Assembly (NCBI RefSeq): GCF_009914755.1 | Contig: NC_060936.1 | Strand: one strand, 5' to 3' | DNA length: 64,000 bases | From: the human T2T-CHM13v2.0 reference genome, Homo sapiens | Part shown: positions 54,791-64,000 of the stretch, one piece after another | How the letters are laid out: each line of letters opens with the position of its first letter | How positions within the stretch are numbered: position 1 is the stretch's first letter | Translations under genes and position numbers: made by a program | Notes under the pieces: generated by a model | What the model was told of the DNA's origin: nothing | The model's database searches: none | The model's input: only the letters and a program-made list of their open reading frames with translations

Positions 54791-55634
54791 TTAGCCCTTT
54801 CCCTTGACTTTTGGGATTCCAATTTCAAAGAGGTTGTAAAAGAGACAGTGCCATATTCTTGAACCTTTTAGCCAACTAGGTAAAAATAAATTTTCACATA
54901 TTTCTATTGAGCCCACTGGACACCAATATACTTTAATAATTGTGTTTAAAATAGAAAACTCCTTCAGCTTGAAGCTGTCTTTTATTTGAGAAAAGTGAAA
55001 AAGAGATTCGTGGGATATTATAAAAGATGAACAAGATGCCTAAAATGGACAATGCTCCTTTACATGTTACTTTAACATTTGAGAGAATGCTATCAAAATG
55101 CAGAACTGGCTAAAAGTGTTAGAAGGAGTAGTTCAAGTTGTCTTCAACCAAGAGTCATCTAGAATTTGGCTGCACCCTGGTATATCAAATACGCTGTATG
55201 GGAATGTGCTTATATTTTGATGAGTAATGTGTTTTTATAACAAATGAAGATGCATGTCAGAATGTTGAGCTGGTCAGGTCTCACTAGGGATTTGAAGAAT
55301 AGCATAACAGCAAGTGGGCACCAAAGAAAAATTGAGTTTACTTGGATACACGAGAACTCTGCCTTCTGACTTGGTCTGAGAACTTGTTCAAGGCAAGAAA
55401 CAGTTTCTAACTTCAGCTGAATCACAGTGTGAAGGTGAACAAGTAAAAAAGCTCAGTTACCTGCAGAAAGTTGCTTGCAGTTTCAGTTTTACAAAGCTCA
55501 CTGTTTAAATCTAGTAGTTACCTTTTAATCCCTTCAGATATGTCAGCAAAAATTCTAGTATTTGGAAATATGCCTTGATCACTTGCAAAAGGCTCTGGAA
55601 GACAGAAGTCATAGTAAAGTGTCAGGTATTTTAA

Positions 55635-56060
<426 letters not shown>

Positions 56061-57598
56061 TCATTACCTTATAGTTTTTAATTTTTTTGTGGGAGAAAGG
56101 ACCAGTGACTTTTTTGAATGTGAGAAGAATCCCAAAGCAAAAGGTGATTTATTTCCTTTCCTTTAATTCTGCCACAATACACGGCACCCCAGCATCTAGA
56201 AGAATCTTCTCATGTGTGAGATGAATGTGTTTGACTTCTTTTGGAAAGAGTCAGATTTTATATTCATTTAGAAATATCTGTGCCTATAACGTGGTTGCAG
56301 TTGTACATGGCACACAGTTGTTTATTTAACTGTGTTTCATCCTTTCATCTTGTGTGGGATGCTCACACTTAACCGCATTTCTCTTCATTGCATAGTGTAG
56401 CCCTGACTCACTGGCTCTTCATCTGATCAGTCTGCCTTGCTTTTGTATCTGAACAGTATCTCTCATCACCTGACCAAAATGCTCTGCTCCGATAGGTCTC
56501 AGCTTAGATGTTACTTCTTGGAATGCTTCCCTGGACAATGCTTTCCATATTCACAAAGGGAGTACTTAATCCCAGTAAAATATTAGTGCTCCTGAATTGT
56601 GTCATTCCTCTGCATGCATCAGACTAGTTCTCATCGTGGTTCATATAGTCTAACGCGTGCAGATGCAAGATTAGTCTCTGTCTTGTTCATTGTTCTTCTT
56701 AGTGCCTGATTTAGCACATGAAATATAGCAATCATGCCTAATGAGTGTAAGTGAAACAAAATAATTTTTTAGAATTTGGAAGTCATTTGTCTTAATGTGT
56801 ATTTTTCTCCCTTTTCTGGTCATCAGCATTAGAACTGAAGTCATCTTCAATATCTCTCTCTCTCATCCCTTCATTAAATCATTCACCAAGTTTTGACAGT
56901 TTTCCTTTGCAATGTGTCTCCAAATGGTCATCCTCTTCTCCTTTTTCAGATTAGGATTCTTGTTTTCTTTACTCATTGGTAAAACAAGTTTGGGAAATGC
57001 TAGTTACGCAGTTAATGGTGTAGTTACCGCAGGACTTGACAAAACCTCTAATGAAAGAATAAAACATTTGCTATATTTGTTTGAGCAGAGAAGCTTTTTT
57101 CCATCTCAGGGGATCTTATGTGGTTAATGATCTGCAAAACCCACCTGGGGGAATGCTGGTAGAATTGTGCAACAGTCACCCTTTCATCACGGGCTGTGGA
57201 TCATTTGACTTGAACTTAATGATAGACATCAGCTATAGACAGCAAACACATGGAAGGGAAGCATGCCAGCCCCCTGACACTGAATGGCTTCTGACCCTCG
57301 CACTCTTTGGGTGGCTCAGACCATGTTACCTTGATTAGGTGAAGGGGCCCCAAGTAGGGAATTATGCACCTTATTCACCTGCTAAAGACACTGCTAATTC
57401 TTCTTGCAGTACTTCCTCAATGCTGTCTTGATAAGATTTAAAGAGTTTTTTAGCCTCTGCCTTTAGGCACCTTCAGAAAGAATGCCATGTACTCCTATTT
57501 AATTCCTGCCTACACCACTGTTTTGAATCTGTAGGTGCAAGGGATTTAAAAGCCAACCACAATGAAGTTGAGTTTTTGTTTCCCAGATTTGTGATTGA

Positions 57599-57964
<366 letters not shown>

Positions 57965-58249
57965 TGAGGTACCAGTATACAGGTGGCAAAAACAATGGAA
58001 AGAGAGAACGATGATTTGTCAAGAGTATCTAAGAACTAAGTAAAATAGAAAGTTCAATTTTCGCTTAAAGGAGCCAGAGAGGAAAAGCCTGTAAAATGTT
58101 AGATACTTTTTGTCATTGTTTTGAATATAAGTAGGGATCATGTTCGGGAAATCATGTTGTTGACACATTGATAATCCCATTAGATTTTTCCAGTTGCTCC
58201 GAGTCTCCCTTCCTGGCTCTGTTTCTCTTACATCTCAGATTCGATCTAT

Positions 58250-60030
58250 CTGAAAATTTTATTCCACCTGACTTCAAAATAGCTAGAGTCTCACCATTTA
58301 ACTATCTACACAGTTACCATCATCTGTTGCCGGAATTATCTGTTGCCTGCTTCCACTCTTGCCTCCTTACAGTTTACTCATCACGCAGTGGCAGAACTAA
58401 TCCTTTGAAAGGTGAATCAGACCATGCCATTTCTCTGCAATCTTGCAATTGCCCCAACTCTCATTCAGAAGAAAATTTGACATTCTTCACCCAGGCAATA
58501 GACATCAGCTATAGACAGCAAACACATGGAAGGGAAGCTCAGCCGTCATCTGTCTCTCTGTGATATCTTTGACCTCGTGTTGTAACACTTTCCCCATTTA
58601 CTCACTCTAGTCACATCAGCTCCTGGCTCTTGCTTGAACCCGTTAAGCATATATCTTTACCTTGGATTTTTTGTGCTTACTGTTTCCTCTGCCTGGAATG
58701 TACTTTTTTCCAGTGTACACATAGATTATTTTTTCACTTCCTTGCCTGTGCTCCAGTTTTCCTCATGAATACGCTTACCCTCACCACTCTATCTTTACCT
58801 AACTGTATTTTTCTGCAGTTACCAGCTGACGTGTTATTGTTTGTATTACCAGCTGACATGTTATTGTCTTATTGGCTGCCTTCTTTAACTAGAACGTAAG
58901 CTCAGTAAGAGGAGGGCTTTGTTTGTTGTTTGTTTATTTATTACCTTTTAAGTTCAGGGGTACATGTGCAGGTTTGTTATGTAAGTAAACTCAGGTCATG
59001 GAGGTTTGTTGTACAGATTATTTAGGCACTCAGGTATTGAGCCTGGTACCCATTATTTATTTTTCCCGATCCTCTCCTTCCTCCCACCCTCCAGCCTCCA
59101 ATAGACCCTAATGTGTGTCATTCCCCTCTATGTGTCCATGTGTTCTCATCATTTAGTTCCCACTCATAAGTGAGAACATGTGGTATTTGATTTTATGTTC
59201 CTGTGTTAGTTTGCTAAGGATAATGGCCAGCTCCAGCCATTTTCTTGCACAGGACATGATCTCATTTTTTTTATGACTGCATAGTATTCCATGGTGTACA
59301 TGTACCTCATTTTCTTTATCCAGTCTACCATTGATGGGCATTTAGGTTGATTCCATGTCTTTGCTATTGTGAATAGTGCTGCAATGACCATACATGTGCA
59401 TTTGTCTTTATGACAGAACAGTTTATGTTCCTTTGGGTATATACCCAGTAATGAGATTTCTGGGTTGAATGGTAGTTCTGTTTTTAGCTCTTTGTGGAAT
59501 TGCCACACTGCTTTCTACAGTGGCTGAACTCCCACCAACAGTGTATAAGCGTTTCTTTTTCTCCACAGCCTCACCAGCATCTGTTACTTTTTGACTTTTT
59601 AATAATGGTCATTCTGATTAGTGTGAGATGGTATCTCATTGTGGTTTTGATTTGCATTTCTCTAATGCTCAGTCATGTTGAGCTTTTTTTCATACGCTTG
59701 TGGCCACGTGTATGTCTTCTTTTGAAAGTGTTTGTTCATGTTCTTTGCCCACTTTTTAATGGAGTTGTTTGTTCTTTTCTTGTGAGTTTAGGTTCCTTAC
59801 AGATGCTGGATATTAGACCTTTGTCAGATGCATAGTTTGCAAAAATGTTCTCCCATTCTGTAGATTGTCTGTTTACTCTGTTGATAATTTATTTTGCTGT
59901 GCAGAGCTCTTTAGTTTAATTAGATTTCATTGGCTTTATCTTGCTCATTGCTAAAGAATAGTGCTTGTAGCAGGATTCTGGCATGTAGTAGGCAGGCACC
60001 AGATGCTTGCCAAATAAATTAAGATGAAAG
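58250..60030. mobile_element. L2 3' region interrupted by a 41-bp insert and an L1P
   Basis: atcagaccatgccatttctctgc, tgtttcctctgcctggaatg, actagaacgtaagctc...ggcttt|atcttgctcattgct...tggcatgtagtaggc. Confidence 0.75.
58920..59931 (-). mobile_element. L1PA/PB (older primate L1) 3' ~1 kb
   Basis: ttttaagttcaggggtacatgtgcaggtttgtta 3' end; ORF 59206..59508 is L1 ORF2 C-terminal; flanked by ggcttt on both sides. Confidence 0.92.
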
Positions 60031-63000
60031 AATGTGAGAGCAAGCCCTCTTGTTTGTTATGGAATTCAGTATTTACTAGGAAAGGGTAGGCTGCCTTTCA
60101 GTAAATCCCTGTCATGTCTCTATGTTTATTCTAAAATTGGTAAGCTTTCTAACCATAAACAAACAGATAAACATCATATTAATTGTTCCTCTCCTATTTC
60201 TCTCCTTTTCTTTTGTAGCATGATGTTTTTGAGTATTCAAAAACATTGAAAAGATTGGGAAAGGTCTAAGAGGTGGAGAGTAGAATAATCCATTCAGATA
60301 ACTCCTCTTGGGTCTACGTGAACAGATTTTAGGTACTGTTACTGTGTGATGGATCTGAAGCTTTCCTGCATCAAAGCGTTCATCCCTGGAACATTCCTAT
60401 CAATGTAACATACTTAATGATAAATTGGCATTTGACCACAATAGATGGTATTTTTCCTTAATTAAAGAAATACATGAGAAAAAATGTTAAATGTTATGAA
60501 ATGACTAAAAATGAACTGTCCATTTTAATATTTATATCCAGGACGTCGCGACAACCTGTAGCTTCCCTCATGAAGGGATCATCTCTTTCGCAGCACTCCT
60601 TCGATGAGCAGGAGAGTGTATATTTTAGAACCTTTAGAGAGAATTGGAAGCATTTACTACGTTTTCCTTTAAATAAGTTTGCTGAGTGACAGGAACAAGT
60701 CAGATAGCTTAAGTTTGCTAAAATACATAAGCAGGTAGAATTTTAAAATGCTGAATTTTGTAATATGTTCCCTGGGGGTTAGTTTGCTTGTGTAATATAT
60801 CATACCACCAAGGAGATACTACACAAACAAATCTGGGGAGAATTTAATAAAACAAGTATTAGTGTTTCACATTCAAACCATAAAGTTGACTTCTTAGGAA
60901 ATTGTATGCCCCAAATATTGATGGAAACATGTATCTCTCTGTATTGCAGCATGAACCAAACCCTATGTAAACTAAATCGATAGCTCCAAAGCAAAACCAA
61001 CTTATAATAACAGACCAGAGTTCCAGTAATTAAAAACGTGACCTACTCTGTACAATACTCTAGCTATATTAATGTGGTAATAAAGAATTATTACCAAAAA
61101 TTCGCTGGAAATGCAATTATGTATATGTGTGTCCATGGGTAGAGTTGCCAGACATTGCATGGGGGTGCAACTAGTGATTTGGTTATTTCAGTTCTTAGAA
61201 GTTTAATAATCCTTTATAGCTCCCTTTTATCTTTACAGAATAGCACTTGATGACTGGTAAAAAGAATTAACGCTATGGGCTTGCCCACAGGAATCAAGCA
61301 AAGGGCGTATGCTTTTGGATGAGTTTGCCAGCTGGGGACCATACTGAGAATAACGGTTCTCTCTCGGACTAAGCATTGAGATGCTTTGTCAAGTATCCTT
61401 AGCTTCTGCTTTCTCTTCCCTTGGTTGAGTTATACCAAAGCCTCCTTCCGGGAAATCCCTTTAGTCCTTTTTTATACAGTCAAATCAAACACTTCTTTAT
61501 CAGAAGTGCATCTATGTCCAACAAAAAACAAAAACCACATAAAACAAACAAAACCTGACAATTCACGTAGCAAGAAAATTTCAAGCAAAATCTAAGCAAG
61601 GACATTGGCAAAGGAATTCCTTTCTAATATGAAATACACTACAGAAAAAGTATTCTATTTCCTAATTCTGAGCAGGGAAATTTTTCTATTTATTGTTATT
61701 ATTATTATTCTATTATATATTCTTCTATTCTAAATTTTCTATTTTTTTCATTTAGTTTTGCTCTTAATATTAACATTGCTATACTGAGACCTTAAATTTA
61801 TATGGGTAGCTTAGATTTTTCTAGGGCTCCCAACAGTATTATACTTGTAGTATTTCACTTATGGATGAAACAAGGCGTATATGAAATAAAATTTATGCAT
61901 ATACATGCATGTAACACATAAAAATATTTGCATATATGCACAACTTAATTCCTGTGTTTTATTTTTCGTTGTACAAAATATTTTAACTGTAATTCTATAT
62001 ACACACACATTATACATATAAATTATTATATAATGTTATCTTAGTGATTGACCCAGAATAGAATACAGATTTTCTTAAGTTTCAATGCAACTAGATAGAA
62101 AAGGATATAATGTCTGTATTCAAAGTAAGGGTTAATCTACTTTTGGTAGGTTAAAAGTAGAACATTTTCTTATCTGAGTTATTATATCTGTTAAAAAATA
62201 ACTTGTAACATAATTAAATGTGTCATAGTTGGTTTATTGCAATGCTGTAAAAATTTTTTTTAAAAAGAACTGAACTATGCCCTGATTAAATTAATTAACG
62301 TGTCACATAGATTGCCATTTAGAAAGGTTATTTCCCTAAAATTGCTGCATTTTGAGCCTATCTTCTCAGTAAGTTTTCACAATGTTATTTATACAGTTAG
62401 ATATTATGATTACTTTTGTGATTCGTTTAGATACTAACTTTACTAATTGACAGATATGATCATTTACCTTTTTTCTTCAAAAATATTTCTAGATTTTTTC
62501 TTCTTCATTTCAGAAATTTGAATCATTTTATATACTAGTGAATTTTCATCATTTTGTATATGTTCATCTTCACATAGATGCATTTATTATTTATAAAGCA
62601 GTTAGCTGTCCTGCTTATTGCAAAAGTACAAAGAGCAGTGCTTGGTGCCTTTGTAGCTTTGCCTCAAGATTGTTAATATGTTTCCTGAAAGTCCTACTAT
62701 TGATTGACTCATATATGCCTCTGCAGTTCCCATTTCTATCTGATGTAGTATTGAGTTTGTTGCCACTATTTCCTTGTTTTTTCAAGAATAGTCCTTTTAC
62801 TTATCCTCAGTTTTATCGAGGTATATAAATATTAAGCTTTCCAAAAAAAAAAAACCAATTTTGGGTTGATGTTAGACAAATCTTTTTGTATAGGTTTAAG
62901 AGTGTGCTGGGTTACATTTTAGAAATAGCATCTGATCAGTAGTTCTCTCCCACCTTCTTACTAATGTGCCCTTAGAAACACAGGAAAAGATGTATGCAGA

Positions 63001-63379
63001 AAACTGTGGTGACATTCAACCTACTGCCTGCCTGGGAGGAGTTTTCACTACTATAAGCAGAAAAAACTGGCAAGAATGCCTTTCTTGTCTTTCTACCTAC
63101 TGTCAGACAAGTAGAGCAAAAGAAAGCCCCCCAGAGAAAGCCCCTCAGTTTTGCTCTACTTGTCTGGTAGATAGGAAGACAAGCTGTCCTTCCTGAGAGT
63201 CAGAAACATAAGATTCAGAAACACAGAGCTATTCCAGTGAAAAGCAAAGACAGACATTAGGATACTGTCCATTTTTTGCATGGTTACAGCCTTTGAGGCC
63301 ATCGGACTGTTGTCTACACTACATTATATAGTCATTAACATTGTGTTCACTGTGGTTCACAGAATGATTGAAAAATGCT

Positions 63380-63620
63380 TATAGTTAAACCTTAAGAAGG
63401 CACAGAATTTGAATTTATACAAAAAGAATATGTAAGGGTATAAAAATATGTAAATAAAAGTGCCTAGATGCAAGAGTGATGGAAATAAGTCAAATGTTAG
63501 CAGTGCTTTCTTATCAGATGGAGAAATTATGGATGACTTTTCCTTCCCAGTTTAGTGTTTCTTTGTACCTCTGAAAATTTGTACAATGTACATCTGTTAT
63601 TTATAATTTTGTACATTGAG
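63380..63620 (+). mobile_element. L1ME-like 3' fragment
   Basis: aaatgttagcagtg...gagaaattatggatgactttt...tacttttataat-like motif; highly diverged. Confidence 0.4.
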
Positions 63621-64000
63621 TGTGTATCAAGTTACTGTTTAAACAAAAGGAAAGAATGGGTAGAAAATATAAGACATCTATATTTTTATAAATACTTTTT
63701 AATATCCATAATTTCATGTAAAATTTTCAACTATCCCGGAGGTAGACTTTTATTGATATTTTAGAGTTATGACTAGGATAGTTGTGAAATCTTTCCAACT
63801 CCAAACCCCATGGTCCTCCTACTATACCTTGTTACAAACAGAAAATCATCCTTATGGAAAGCCTTAAAGGCAGAAAATATATAAAATAAGTATAAGTATG
63901 TTATGTGTATAAAGTAAAAATTTTAAAGACATTTTTGAGGTTATTAGCATAATTTCTATCTTTTTAATTTACATACACCTTTTAATGTGTTTGTTACTAG

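Noticed and set aside
58168-58563. 131-aa ORF sharing a peptide with ORF 57081..57338
   Set aside because: The shared peptide comes from the 41-bp DNA duplication inside L2, not from a protein domain.
59153-59835. ORFs of 62-113 aa, also at 3540 and 10776-11052
   Set aside because: Decayed L1 ORF2 remnants or their antisense frames.

Overview
Primate, most likely human, AT-rich genomic DNA with no intact protein-coding gene. It is dominated by Alu, L1, L2, MIR, L3/CR1, MaLR/ERVL LTR and DNA-transposon fragments. Most Alus and L1s lie on the - strand, which fits a long intron of a + strand gene. The only gene-derived element is a full-length processed pseudogene of UBE2L3 (UbcH7) on the - strand (~53872-54589), with UTRs, a degenerate poly(A) and a 15-bp TSD. 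From memory, and not checked, this may be UBE2L2 inside PDE3A intron 1 on 12p12. The most unusual signal is a set of locally templated copy events. These are a perfect 150-bp inverted duplication with snap-back and serial-template junctions (32307-33113), an exact 41-bp copy pasted into an L2 (58498-58538), an older 128-bp dispersed duplication (19497/23014), a duplication with an inverted filler in an MST LTR, and an Alu/LTR deletion scar. I found no convincing novel gene system. Repeat subfamily names and old-repeat boundaries are by eye and approximate.
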